This document shows positions 20,441 through 31,008 of a stretch of DNA of 64,000 nt, in pieces (within the stretch, counting starts at the first letter, position 1; every line of letters starts with the position of its first letter). Position numbers and translations under genes: made by a program. Origin of the DNA: Acidobacteriota bacterium (GTDB lineage Bacteria; Acidobacteriota; Vicinamibacteria; Vicinamibacterales; CAVVIG01); the NCBI GenBank assembly GCA_043743165.1, contig JAYTXA010000033.1:4624-68623 (forward strand). The letters are read 5' to 3'. The notes under the pieces were generated by a model that saw only the letters and a program-made list of their open reading frames with translations, had not been told where the DNA came from and did no database searches.

Positions 20441-20476
20441 AAAAGGCGCGTGAACCCTGGGGCCCACGCGCCTTTT
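20441..20476. terminator. bidirectional rho-independent terminator between convergent tonB-family gene and groEL
   Basis: AAAAGGCGCGTG-aaccctggggcc-CACGCGCCTTTT. A 12-bp stem, with the outer 4 positions being the flanking A/T runs pairing, so it works on both strands. Confidence 0.6.
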
Positions 20477-20493
20477 GTGTTCTTGAAACTCAG

Positions 20494-20526
20494 TGTCTGA
20501 CTTCTAACTTCTGCGTTCCAACTTCC

Positions 20527-20528
<2 letters not shown>
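20494..20528. repeat. degenerate heptad array (tgtctga cttctaa cttctgc gttccaa cttcctt) abutting the groEL stop
   Basis: Read directly. Related to the perfect CTTCTGA repeats at 60735-60761. Confidence 0.5.
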
Positions 20529-22194
<1,666 letters not shown>

Positions 22195-22222
22195 TCAAGC
22201 GGATGCGGATGTGCCGCGCCTG

Positions 22223-22504
22223 TTAGTCGACGATGGCGAGGACTTCGTCCTCGCGCATGATCAGGTGCTCTTCGCCGCTGATCTTGATTTCCTGGCCGGA
22301 GTACTTGCCGAAGAGGATGGTGTCCCCTTCCTTCACGTCCAGCGGAATGCGCTTGCCGTCGTCCTTGATCTTGCCGGCGCCGACAGCGATGACCTTGCCC
22401 TGCTGGGGCTTTTCCTTGGCGCTGTCCGGGATGATGATCCCGCCAATCTTCTGTTCGCCTTCTTCGATGCGCCGAACAATGATGCGGTCGTGCAACGGTT
22501 TCAT
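22223..22504 (-). CDS. groES: co-chaperonin GroES
   Basis: [44 protein letters not shown].. 93 aa, directly upstream of groEL. Confidence 0.98.
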   Translation of the reverse strand: MKPLHDRIIVRRIEEGEQKIGGIIIPDSAKEKPQQGKVIAVGAGKIKDDGKRIPLDVKEGDTILFGKYSGQEIKISGEEHLIMREDEVLAIVD

Positions 22505-22586
22505 GCTTGTGTGCTCCGTCGTATGGGTGAGGGGCCGTTCGCCCCGGGTTGAGTCTGTGGCGGCGAGCGCGACGGGGGCACCCGTT

Positions 22587-22613
22587 CTGGCACTCGCTCT
22601 GGCCGACTGCTAA
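22587..22613 (-). promoter_or_regulatory. CIRCE-like HrcA operator (proximal)
   Basis: Minus-strand reading is TTAGCAGTC-N9-GAGTGCCAG, versus the consensus TTAGCACTC-N9-GAGTGCTAA (3 mismatches). Lies in the groES 5' region. Confidence 0.6.
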
Positions 22614-22641
22614 TGTAGCGAGCGCGGATTGGCACTGTCAA
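22612..22641 (-). promoter_or_regulatory. sigma70-like groESL promoter (TTGACA-N18-TACATT) interleaved with the CIRCE elements
   Basis: Minus-strand -35 TTGACA (22641-22636) lies inside the distal CIRCE spacer. The -10 TACATT (22617-22612) abuts the proximal CIRCE. Confidence 0.5.
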
Positions 22642-22655
22642 GGCGAGACTGCTAA
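22629..22655 (-). promoter_or_regulatory. CIRCE-like HrcA operator (distal)
   Basis: Minus-strand reading is TTAGCAGTC-N9-CAGTGCCAA (3 mismatches to the CIRCE consensus). Its left arm is identical to that of the proximal element. Confidence 0.55.
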
Positions 22656-22711
22656 CGCGGGGCGTAGAACGGGCGGGAACCGCCGGGCCTTGATGGCCGA
22701 TCCGGCCTGAT

Positions 22712-22924
22712 TCAGGCCCGTTTTCGCAGTTTGTACTCGCCCATTTTCCGGGTCAGGGTATTGCGGTGCATGCCGAGCGCGTCGGCCGTTCTGGTGAGGG
22801 ATCCGTCGCAGTGACCGAGGACCCGTGCGATGAATCGCTTCTCGAACTCATGGACGGCGTCCTCGAACTGGACGCCCTTGTCCACCATTTCTTCGACAAG
22901 TGTGTCGAGCCGTTCAGAAATCAC
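22712..22924 (-). CDS. Fis-family helix-turn-helix DNA-binding protein (70 aa)
   Basis: C-terminal Fis-type HTH ..GSLTRTADALGMHRNTLTRKMGEYKL.. GTG 22924 overlaps the purC stop (GTGA). Confidence 0.8.
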   Translation of the reverse strand: MISERLDTLVEEMVDKGVQFEDAVHEFEKRFIARVLGHCDGSLTRTADALGMHRNTLTRKMGEYKLRKRA

Positions 22925-23877
22925 GCGAGTTCCTGGCCTGTGAGCCGGCGGTAGGCCTCGACGTACTTCTCGCGGGTCTTCACGACCACGTCTTCAGGAA
23001 GCGAGGGAACCGGCGGCTGCTTGTTCCACTTGATCGCTTCGAGGTAGTCGCGGACGAACTGCTTGTCGAAACTGGGCTGCGGGCCGCCTGGCGCGTAGCT
23101 GTCGCGGGGCCAGAAGCGCGACGAGTCCGGTGTGAGCACTTCGTCGATCAGGATCAGCCGCTCGACGGCCGGCCGGCCGTCGTCGGGAAGCAGGCCGAAC
23201 TCGAACTTGGTGTCGGCCACGATGATGCCGCACGATTGGGCGTGCGCGGCGCCCTCGGCGTAGAGACGCAGCGTGAGCGATTTGGCGCGCGCGAGCACGG
23301 CCGGATCGACGAGCGTGGCGGCCTCGGCCTCGCTGATGTTGATGTCGTGCCCGCTCTGCGCCTTCGTCGCCGGCGTGAAGATGGGCTCGGGAAGCCGATC
23401 CGATTCGCGCAGGTCCGCAGGCAGCGCAATGCCGCACACCGCGCCGGTGGCCTGGTAGTCCTTCCAGCCTGAGCCGGACAGGTAGCCGCGTGCCACGCAC
23501 TCAATCGACAGCGGCTCGGTGCGCCGCACCAGCATCGACCGCCCGTTCAGCACGCCCAGTTCGGTGCGCGTCTCCTTCGGGTAGTCCGTCACGTTGAACG
23601 AGAGGATGTGGTTCTCGACGATCCTCGTCGTGCGCTCGAACCAGAACTTCGAGATCTGCGTCAGGACCTTGCCCTTGTCGGGAATGCCCGAGCCGAGCAC
23701 GTAGTCGAACGCCGAGATGCGGTCGGTGGCGACGATGAGCAAGCGGTCGCCGAATTCGTAGATGTCGCGAACCTTGCCCTGACGATCAGGGGCGCGGCGG
23801 GCGATGGCGGTCTGGAGAATGGGGGACGCGAGCGGCAAGGGAACCTCGTGCCGAAGAAATAGGGATGTTAACGGCAC
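22921..23877 (-). CDS. purC: phosphoribosylaminoimidazole-succinocarboxamide synthase (SAICAR synthetase)
   Basis: ..QGKVRDIYEFGDRLLIVATDRISAFD.. ..IIVADTKFEFG.. The exact start is uncertain (GTG 23877 or a downstream TTG). Confidence 0.92.
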   Translation of the reverse strand: MPLTSLFLRHEVPLPLASPILQTAIARRAPDRQGKVRDIYEFGDRLLIVATDRISAFDYVLGSGIPDKGKVLTQISKFWFERTTRIVENHILSFNVTDYPKETRTELGVLNGRSMLVRRTEPLSIECVARGYLSGSGWKDYQATGAVCGIALPADLRESDRLPEPIFTPATKAQSGHDINISEAEAATLVDPAVLARAKSLTLRLYAEGAAHAQSCGIIVADTKFEFGLLPDDGRPAVERLILIDEVLTPDSSRFWPRDSYAPGGPQPSFDKQFVRDYLEAIKWNKQPPVPSLPEDVVVKTREKYVEAYRRLTGQELA

Positions 23878-23965
23878 GTCGTCGCGGCTTCAACAACAAC
23901 ATGTGGCGTCCTGGAACGGCCATGCCGCTAGAAAGGTATAGTAGGGACGTTTTCATCGGTTCTTC

Positions 23966-25000
23966 ATGCGATCGCACCTGCGAGCAGTCGTCGTCCTGGC
24001 GCTTGGCGCCGCGCTTCTGGTCTTCTTTCTCTACAACGTAGACCTGCGTGGTGTCGCCAGCCAGATCGTGCACGCCAACCTCTGGTGGCTGGCGTTCTCG
24101 CTGCTTACCATGTTCGTGAACCTCGCGATCCGTGCCTGGCGCTGGCAATACCTGCTCGAACCGCTCGGCCGGCCGGCCTTCTGGAGTTCGTTCCGGGCCA
24201 CCGCGGTCGGGTTCGCCGCCAGTGCAGTACTGCCGGCCCGCGCCGGCGAGGTCATCCGGCCCTACTTCCTGTCGCGACAGGAGAAGATGAGCGCCACCGG
24301 CGCCTTTGCCACGATCATCCTCGAGCGCGTGCTCGACATGGTGACGGTGGTCAGCCTGCTTGCGCTCTACGTTCTCGTGTTCGCCCCATCGACCATCGAT
24401 GCCACGTCCGTAGCGTTCGAGACCGTGAAGTGGGCCGGCTTCACCGCGGCCGCCGGCGCCGTCGTCGCGCTCGTGGTGCTGTTTCTGCTCGCCGGCAATC
24501 CCGCGCGTCTGGCACAGAGCCTCGAGCGACTCGAGGCGCTGCTGCCGTCACGGCTCGCGGGGCTGCTCTCGAAAGTAGCCGAGAAGTTTGCCATCGGCCT
24601 CGGAGCCATTCGCAAGCCTGGCCGGCTCGCGGTGTCCCTGGTGCTCTCGTTCCCGCTCTGGCTGTCGATTGCCGCCGGCATCTGGGGAGCAGCGCAGGCC
24701 TTCCACCTTGACGTGCCGTTCACTGGTTCGTTCCTGGTTATCTCGTTGCTCGTTGTCGGCGTCGCGGTGCCGACGCCCGGCGCAGTCGGCGGTTTTCACG
24801 CCGCCTTCCGCTTTGCGGCAACGACGTTCTTCGGCGCACCGGACGATGCGGCGGTAGGCGCTGCCATCGTGCTCCATCTGTTCACGGTCGGTCCCACCTT
24901 GGTGCTCGGCCTGGTGTTCGCCGGACAGGAGGGACTGAACTTGACGAGGATGCGCACCCTCGCGGACGAAGCCGACAGGGAAGGGACAGCCCAATCATGA
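23966..25000 (+). CDS. flippase-like / lysylphosphatidylglycerol-synthase TM domain protein (UPF0104)
   Basis: Polytopic membrane protein. N-terminus ..[38 protein letters not shown].. is typical of UPF0104. Confidence 0.85.
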   Translation: MRSHLRAVVVLALGAALLVFFLYNVDLRGVASQIVHANLWWLAFSLLTMFVNLAIRAWRWQYLLEPLGRPAFWSSFRATAVGFAASAVLPARAGEVIRPYFLSRQEKMSATGAFATIILERVLDMVTVVSLLALYVLVFAPSTIDATSVAFETVKWAGFTAAAGAVVALVVLFLLAGNPARLAQSLERLEALLPSRLAGLLSKVAEKFAIGLGAIRKPGRLAVSLVLSFPLWLSIAAGIWGAAQAFHLDVPFTGSFLVISLLVVGVAVPTPGAVGGFHAAFRFAATTFFGAPDDAAVGAAIVLHLFTVGPTLVLGLVFAGQEGLNLTRMRTLADEADREGTAQS

Positions 25001-25452
25001 AGTGTCCGTACTGCGGAACGCTTGGCGACAAGGTCGTCGACTCACGAGAGAGCAAGGAAGGCGAAGTCATTCGCCGCCGGCGCGAATGCCTCGAGTGCGG
25101 CAAGCGCTTCACGAGCTACGAGCGGATCGACGAGATCCCTTACATGGTCGTGAAGAAGGACGGCACCCGCGAACGCTTCGATCGCCAGAAGCTGGTGAAC
25201 GGCCTGCTGAAGGCCTGCGAGAAGCGCCCGGTCAGCCTGAAGTCGGTGGAGGCCATCGCCGACCGCATCGAGACGATGCTGCAGGAACGTGCCGAGCGTG
25301 AGATCGGTACCGTCGAGATCGGCGCCTACGTCATGGAAGAACTGAAGAAGCTGGACAAGGTGGCCTACGTGCGCTTCGCTTCCGTCTATCGACACTTCCG
25401 CGACATCGGGGAGTTCATGGACGAAATCAAGGGCCTGGTCGAGAAGCAATAG
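24997..25452 (+). CDS. nrdR: transcriptional repressor NrdR
   Basis: Zinc ribbon [19 protein letters not shown], plus an ATP-cone. ATGA overlap with the upstream gene. Confidence 0.95.
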   Translation: MKCPYCGTLGDKVVDSRESKEGEVIRRRRECLECGKRFTSYERIDEIPYMVVKKDGTRERFDRQKLVNGLLKACEKRPVSLKSVEAIADRIETMLQERAEREIGTVEIGAYVMEELKKLDKVAYVRFASVYRHFRDIGEFMDEIKGLVEKQ

Positions 25453-25455
25453 GCC

Positions 25456-27705
25456 GTGGCGGGGAGCCTCACGTCGATTGCCACCGACGACGGCCGCGGG
25501 GGCCGCCGGCAGGACGCGCGTCCGCCGTTTCGCGACAACCCGCGCCTGATCCTGGCGGGCATCGGCGTCCTCGTCGTCCTCCTCATCGCCATCCTCGCCT
25601 ACGCCAACCGCTCGCCCGGGCTGACGCCCGACTACCTGGCTGAATTCGTCCTCTACGCGCTGATCGCGGCCGACCTCACGATGGTGGTCGCGCTGGTCTT
25701 CGTGCTGGCCCGCAACATCGTGAAGCTCGTGGTCGAGCGGCGGCGCGGCGGGCCGTTCGCGCGGTTCCGCTCGAAGCTTGTGGCGTTGCTGATCGGCATG
25801 ACGCTGGTGCCGGCGATGCTGGTGCTTGCCGTCGGCAGTGAACTGATCCGCACCAGCGTTGGGCGCTGGTTCAATGTGCCGATGGACGAGATCCTGTCGT
25901 CGGCCAACGCCATCGCGGGCGACTACTACCAGGAGCGGCAGGCGCTGGTGGCGGATCACGCCGCGCGCGTCGCGCGCCTGCTGTCCGCCTCCGATCTCAA
26001 CGGCGACGACACCGAACCGCTCCGCGCCCTCGTCGCGCCGGAGGTGAGTGCGGCGCGGGTCCAGGTGATCCAGGTGTATCGCGTGGGAGCCGGAGTCGAT
26101 CGCCTGGCGGTGGTGCCGCTGTTCGATCTGGTCGCCGCCGAGCGACCGGCGCAATACTCGCGTGATGCAGTGGACCGGCTCGCGCTGACGGCGCTGACTG
26201 CATCCGACGTCACCCAGAGTGCCGACACATTCGGGGCAGCGGGCGACTTGCTGCACGCCGCCGCGGTCATCCGCGGACCTGATGGTGCGCCGGCCGGCGT
26301 CGTGGTTGCCACCGATCATCTCGCGGGCAGCGTGGCCGCGCGTTCGCGCCGGATGACGCAGGAGTTCGAGAACTACAACCAGCTGCGGATCTTCAGCCGG
26401 CCGCTGACAGGCGTCTACCTGCTGTTCTTCCTGATGGTGACGCTCATGATTCTCGTGGGCGCCACCTGGATGGGGCTGTACGTCGCCAAGCGCATCACGC
26501 GCCCGGTGCAGATGCTGGCCAATGCCGCGCGTGAGATCGGCGCCGGGCATCTCGACCAGCGCATCGAGCCGCAGAGCGACGACGAGTTCGGCTCGCTCAC
26601 CGAAGCCTTCAACACGATGGCGGGCGAACTCGCCGCGAGCCGCCTGAAGGTGGAGCAGACCACGCAGGCGCTGGAACAGCGCCGTCGATACGTCGAGACG
26701 ATCCTCGAACGCATCACGACGGGCGTGGTCTCCATCAACTCGTCCGGCGTGGTCACGACGATCAACAGCGCCGCGGCGCGCTTGCTGGGGGTGCCGCGGG
26801 CGGTGGTCGGGCAGTCGGCGCTCGTGGTGTTCGCGCGGCAGGACCTGGAACCGTTCGCCACCATCCTCGGTAGCGGCAGCAGTGTTAAGTCGGCCGCGCT
26901 CGAGCGCGAGGTGACCGTGTCGCGCGAAGGGCACGAAGCCCACCTGACGGTGGTGGCCACGCCGCTCATCGGCGACCGCGGCGTATCAGAAGGACAGATC
27001 CTGGTGCTGGACGACGTGACGCCGCTGATCCGGGCACAGAAGGTGGCGGCCTGGCGCGAAGTGGCCCGTCGGTTGGCGCACGAGATCAAGAATCCGCTCA
27101 CGCCGATCCAGCTGTCGGCCGAGCGGCTGAAACGCCACTTCGCCGATGCACCGTCGGGCGCGCGCGCCCTCGTCGACGAGTGCACCACGACCATCGTCGG
27201 CGAGGTCGAATCGCTGAAGGGGCTGGTGGACGAGTTCTCGCAGTTCGCCCGCATGCCGACGCCGCGGACCGCGCCCACCGACGTCCATGCGCTGATCACC
27301 AGTGCGCTGTCGCTCTATGACGGAATCTTCTCGGATGTCGAGTTCGTCCAGGCATTCGGCGACGACCTGCCGCTCGTCCGGCTCGATCCCGAGCAGGTGC
27401 GGCGCGTCATCATCAACGTCGTCGACAACGCGATCGAAGCGATGGACCGCAAGGGGCGGATCGTCATCGTGACGGCGCACGATGAGCCCAATCACCTGGT
27501 GCGGGTTGTCGTCGCGGACAATGGCCCGGGCATTCCGCCGGACGAGCGCGAGAAACTCTTTCTGCCGTACTATTCCACCAAGCGGCGCGGCAGCGGCCTC
27601 GGACTCGCCATCGTTCGTCGCATCATCGCCGAACATGGCGGCACCATCGACGCGAGCGACAACGAACCGGCCGGCACGCGCTTTACGATCGAGTTACCTG
27701 TGTGA
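25456..27705 (+). CDS. sensor histidine kinase, NtrY-like (multi-TM, HAMP, PAS, HisKA, HATPase)
   Basis: N-terminal TM helices, HAMP ..ITRPVQMLANAAREIGAGHLDQRI.., H-box ..VARRLAHEIKNPLTPIQLSAERL.., N/G boxes ..NAIEAM.. DNGPGI.. GSGLGLAIV. Confidence 0.9.
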   Translation: MAGSLTSIATDDGRGGRRQDARPPFRDNPRLILAGIGVLVVLLIAILAYANRSPGLTPDYLAEFVLYALIAADLTMVVALVFVLARNIVKLVVERRRGGPFARFRSKLVALLIGMTLVPAMLVLAVGSELIRTSVGRWFNVPMDEILSSANAIAGDYYQERQALVADHAARVARLLSASDLNGDDTEPLRALVAPEVSAARVQVIQVYRVGAGVDRLAVVPLFDLVAAERPAQYSRDAVDRLALTALTASDVTQSADTFGAAGDLLHAAAVIRGPDGAPAGVVVATDHLAGSVAARSRRMTQEFENYNQLRIFSRPLTGVYLLFFLMVTLMILVGATWMGLYVAKRITRPVQMLANAAREIGAGHLDQRIEPQSDDEFGSLTEAFNTMAGELAASRLKVEQTTQALEQRRRYVETILERITTGVVSINSSGVVTTINSAAARLLGVPRAVVGQSALVVFARQDLEPFATILGSGSSVKSAALEREVTVSREGHEAHLTVVATPLIGDRGVSEGQILVLDDVTPLIRAQKVAAWREVARRLAHEIKNPLTPIQLSAERLKRHFADAPSGARALVDECTTTIVGEVESLKGLVDEFSQFARMPTPRTAPTDVHALITSALSLYDGIFSDVEFVQAFGDDLPLVRLDPEQVRRVIINVVDNAIEAMDRKGRIVIVTAHDEPNHLVRVVVADNGPGIPPDEREKLFLPYYSTKRRGSGLGLAIVRRIIAEHGGTIDASDNEPAGTRFTIELPV

Positions 27706-29093
27706 AGCCCACGATTCTCATCGTTGACGACGAACCCGGCGTGCGCAGCTCGCTGAGCGGCGTTCTGCGCGACGAAGGCTACACCGTCGAGGCCGTCTCG
27801 ACCGGCGAGGCGTGCCTGGACCGCGTCACCCGCTCCCCGGTCGACCTCATCGTGCTCGACGTCTGGATGCCCGGCATGGACGGCCTCGCCACGCTGGCCA
27901 AGCTGCGCGAGCGGCAGGTCGACACGCAGGTTGTGCTCATTTCGGGCCACGGCAGCATCGAGTCGGCGGTGAAGGCCATCAAGCTCGGAGCGTTCGACTT
28001 CGTCGAGAAGCCGCTGTCGCTGGACAAGACGCTGCTGGTGGTCCGCAATGCGCTGCGTCAGCGCGTGCTCGAGGACGAGAACCGCGCTCTGCGAGCGCGC
28101 GTCGACCGGACGCGGATGATGGTGGGCGAGAGCCACGGCATGCGCCAACTCCGCGAGCAGGTGGCGATGGCCGCGCCGAGCAACGGCCGTGTCCTCATCT
28201 ACGGCGAGAACGGCACCGGCAAGGAACTCGTGGCGCGCACGGTGCACTCGTTGAGCCGGCGTCGCAATGGCCCGTTCGTCGAGGTGAACTGCGCGGCCAT
28301 CCCCGAGGAACTCATCGAGAGCGAGCTGTTCGGGCACGTGCGGGGTGCCTTCACGGGCGCAGTCGCGGACCGTCGCGGCAAGTTCGAGATGGCGGACGGC
28401 GGCACCATCTTCCTGGACGAGATCGCCGACATGAGCCTGAAGACGCAGGCCAAGGTGCTCCGCGTGCTCCAGGAGCAGACCATGGAGCAGGTGGGAGGCA
28501 CGCAGCGCATCAAGGTCGATGCCCGTGTGCTGGCCGCTACCAACAAGGACCTCCAGACAGAGATTCGCGCCGGCAACTTCCGCGAGGACCTCTACTTCCG
28601 CCTCAATGTCATCCCGGTGTTCGTGCCGCCGCTGCGCGAGCGGCACGAGGACATTCCCCTGCTGGCCGACCACTTCATGGTCGAGTTCGCGCGGGAGTAC
28701 GGGCGGCGCCCGAAGACGTTCGATCCCGGCGCGCTCTCCATGCTGCAGCACTATCCGTGGCCGGGCAACGTGCGCGAATTGCGCAACGTCATCGAGCGCC
28801 TGGTCATCATGGTGCCTGGCGACACCATCACCTCGAACGACATGGGCTTTCTCGGACACGGGGTCGAGCCGACCTCGCCGGCCGAGGTGACCACGATTGG
28901 CCGTCAGACGCTGCACGAAGCGCGCGAACGGTTCGAACGCGACCTGATCCTGCGCACGCTCGCCGAGCAGCAGGGCAACATGTCGCGCACCGCCGAGGTG
29001 CTGGGCGTCGAGCGCAGCAATCTCTACCGCAAGATGCGCGGGTTCGGCATCGCACCGGCACGCCGCGCAGACGCCGACGACGAGCCGGCCTAG
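27702..29093 (+). CDS. sigma-54-dependent Fis-family response regulator (NtrX/NtrC-like)
   Basis: Receiver domain (..ILIVDDEP..DLIVLDVWMPGMDG..). AAA+ domain with GENGTGKE and GAFTGA. C-terminal Fis HTH ..GNMSRTAEVLGVERSNLYRKM.. GTGA overlap with the kinase. Confidence 0.93.
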   Translation: MKPTILIVDDEPGVRSSLSGVLRDEGYTVEAVSTGEACLDRVTRSPVDLIVLDVWMPGMDGLATLAKLRERQVDTQVVLISGHGSIESAVKAIKLGAFDFVEKPLSLDKTLLVVRNALRQRVLEDENRALRARVDRTRMMVGESHGMRQLREQVAMAAPSNGRVLIYGENGTGKELVARTVHSLSRRRNGPFVEVNCAAIPEELIESELFGHVRGAFTGAVADRRGKFEMADGGTIFLDEIADMSLKTQAKVLRVLQEQTMEQVGGTQRIKVDARVLAATNKDLQTEIRAGNFREDLYFRLNVIPVFVPPLRERHEDIPLLADHFMVEFAREYGRRPKTFDPGALSMLQHYPWPGNVRELRNVIERLVIMVPGDTITSNDMGFLGHGVEPTSPAEVTTIGRQTLHEARERFERDLILRTLAEQQGNMSRTAEVLGVERSNLYRKMRGFGIAPARRADADDEPA

Positions 29094-29989
29094 CGGCCAG
29101 CCAGCCGTTCGGCGATTCGTTCCTCCAGCACCTGCGAGCGAGTGAAGCCGGCCAGCTTCAGCCGCTCCGCCGACGTGTCCTCCAGCGCCGCGGCCGGAAT
29201 CAACCCAATCAACTCCGACTCGAGCACGCGCACCCCGCGCGCGTTGGCTTCCCGTTCCACGGCGTCGAACGCCGTCTGCACCGTCGTGCGGGAGAGGTCG
29301 GTCAGATTCATCGATACCTGGGCGATGTTGCGGTGGTGGAGTGGCAGACCGAGCGCCTTGACGCAGGGGAGTCCGCCACTGCTTTCGCGCACGGTCGCGG
29401 CGATGGCTTTGGCCACGGCCACGTCGGTCGAATCGAGGTTGACGTTGAAGGCGACCAGCGGCATGCGGGCGCCGACGACCGTCGCGCCCGCCGTCGGGTG
29501 GGGCGCCGACGGGCCGTAGTCTGGTGCCCAGTCGGGCTCGGTCATCTTCCTGGCAAGCCCTTCGAAGTTACCTCGGCGAATCTGTTCGAGCCGCCGGCGC
29601 TCGGCCCGGGCGGCCGACTGCTCGTAGAGATAGACGGGGATGCCGAAGGAGTCGGCGATGGCTCGGCCGACGCGGTGAGACAGTTCGATGCATGTGGTCA
29701 TGGTCGACCCGGCCAGTGGGATGAGCGGGACGACGTCGACCGCGCCGATTCGGGGATGGACGCCGCGGTGGGTGCGGAGGTCGACGTGCGCAACGGCCGT
29801 GCGGACGAGCTCCAGCAGTGAGCGCTCGATGGCAGCGGCGTCGCCGGCCATCGTGTAGACCGAGCGGTGGTGCGACGGGTCGGCCGTGTAGTCGAGCAGT
29901 AGCGACCCGCCACGACGCACCGCCGCCGCCAGTGCCGTGACGACGCCGGCATCGCGGCCTTCACTGACGTTCGGCACGCTCTCGATCAT
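29090..29989 (-). CDS. glutamate formimidoyltransferase
   Basis: N-terminus MIESVPNVSEGRDAGVV.., ..HHRSVYT.., ..PRIGAVDVVPLIPL.. Confidence 0.9.
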   Translation of the reverse strand: MIESVPNVSEGRDAGVVTALAAAVRRGGSLLLDYTADPSHHRSVYTMAGDAAAIERSLLELVRTAVAHVDLRTHRGVHPRIGAVDVVPLIPLAGSTMTTCIELSHRVGRAIADSFGIPVYLYEQSAARAERRRLEQIRRGNFEGLARKMTEPDWAPDYGPSAPHPTAGATVVGARMPLVAFNVNLDSTDVAVAKAIAATVRESSGGLPCVKALGLPLHHRNIAQVSMNLTDLSRTTVQTAFDAVEREANARGVRVLESELIGLIPAAALEDTSAERLKLAGFTRSQVLEERIAERLAGR

Positions 29990-30095
29990 CGGTTCGTTCC
30001 TGGCTCCAGAAAGGTGAGGGGCGCTGCGGGAATTGTAGTGCGCGGCTCAGGTTGCTGCGCAGGTGCGCCGCAGGGGTCGGCCATTCCCACTGCGC

Positions 30096-30124
30096 TTGTA
30101 CGCCTGGATTCGGTGGCGTATAAT
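30096..30124 (+). promoter_or_regulatory. sigma70-like promoter (TTGTAC-N17-TATAAT)
   Basis: Perfect -10 TATAAT at 30119-30124 and TTGTAC at 30096-30101, with the ATG 23 nt downstream of the -10. Confidence 0.45.
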
Positions 30125-30147
30125 CCGCTGGTCCCTCCCACTGATCC

Positions 30148-31008
30148 ATGTCCGATCCGCTTCGTACCGAGACGTCTCGCACCTCAGAGCCTGCGTCCAG
30201 AGCGGAACGCGAGGCAAAGATCGAGCAGTTGCTGCTCGCCGGACTCGATCACTACTTTGACGGCCAGTACGACCAGGCGATCAACGTCTGGACCCGCGCG
30301 CTCTTCCTCGATCGCAGTCACGCCCGCGCTCGCGCCTACATCGAACGTGCCCGCAGCGCGCAGGCCGAGCGGCAGCGTGAGTCCGAAGCCCTGCTGCACG
30401 ACGGCGCGGCCGCGGTTCGCCGAGGCGACAGCGGGGAAGCCCGCCGCCTGCTCGATGCGGCCATGTCGCAGGGCGGCGCGTCGGACGAGGTGCTGGCGCT
30501 CCTCGATCGTGTCGAGCGCCTCGAGCATATCGCTCCGGCCGTCGGCGACGATGCGGACGAACTCGCCACACCACGGTTGGTGCTCGACAACGTGCCGGCA
30601 CCACGGCGTTCGAAGGCGGCCTGGGCCACGCTCGGCGTGCTCGTGCTGGTGATCATTGCTGCCGGCCTGTTCGCCGCGAGTGCCACCCGTCCCGAGTGGG
30701 GACCGCTGGTCGAGCGTTCGCTGACTCGCACAGACCGCGCCGTCTCGGCCGCGTCCCCCGCATCGCGCGACGTAGCAGGGTTGCCTGTGCCCCGCCGTGC
30801 GGAGACGGCACTCGCTCGCGCCCGTGCCCTGATGACGAGTGGGCGGCTTCGCGACGCGTTGCCGCTGCTCGAGTCGGTCCGCGGCACCGACCCGGAACGT
30901 CCGGACGCCGACCGCCTGCGCGCCGACATTCAACGTCAGCTCATCGCGCTCGGGCCGCTTCCCGCCACGCGCGTCGTGCCGTCTGCCGCGGAAGGACTCC
31001 TGCCATGA
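30148..31008 (+). CDS. hypothetical single-pass membrane protein with TPR-like helical regions
   Basis: ..LLLAGLDHYFDGQYDQAINVWTRALFLDRSHARARAYIERA.. TM WATLGVLVLVIIAAGLFAASA. Coupled (ATGA) to the next gene. Confidence 0.65.
   Translation: MSDPLRTETSRTSEPASRAEREAKIEQLLLAGLDHYFDGQYDQAINVWTRALFLDRSHARARAYIERARSAQAERQRESEALLHDGAAAVRRGDSGEARRLLDAAMSQGGASDEVLALLDRVERLEHIAPAVGDDADELATPRLVLDNVPAPRRSKAAWATLGVLVLVIIAAGLFAASATRPEWGPLVERSLTRTDRAVSAASPASRDVAGLPVPRRAETALARARALMTSGRLRDALPLLESVRGTDPERPDADRLRADIQRQLIALGPLPATRVVPSAAEGLLP

Noticed and set aside
22587-22655. TGGCAC motifs as a possible sigma-54 (-24) promoter upstream of groES
   Set aside because: No TTGC(A/T) -12 element lies at the required 4-5 nt spacing. 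The TGGCAC strings are the arms of the CIRCE-like inverted repeats.
25042-26943. 633-aa minus-strand ORF
   Set aside because: Antisense to nrdR and the NtrY-like kinase. Arg/His/Asp-rich with no motifs.
27812-29821. 669-aa plus-strand ORF
   Set aside because: It is an alternative frame of the sigma-54 regulator gene and then antisense to the formimidoyltransferase gene. Extremely Arg/Gly/Ala/Pro-rich.
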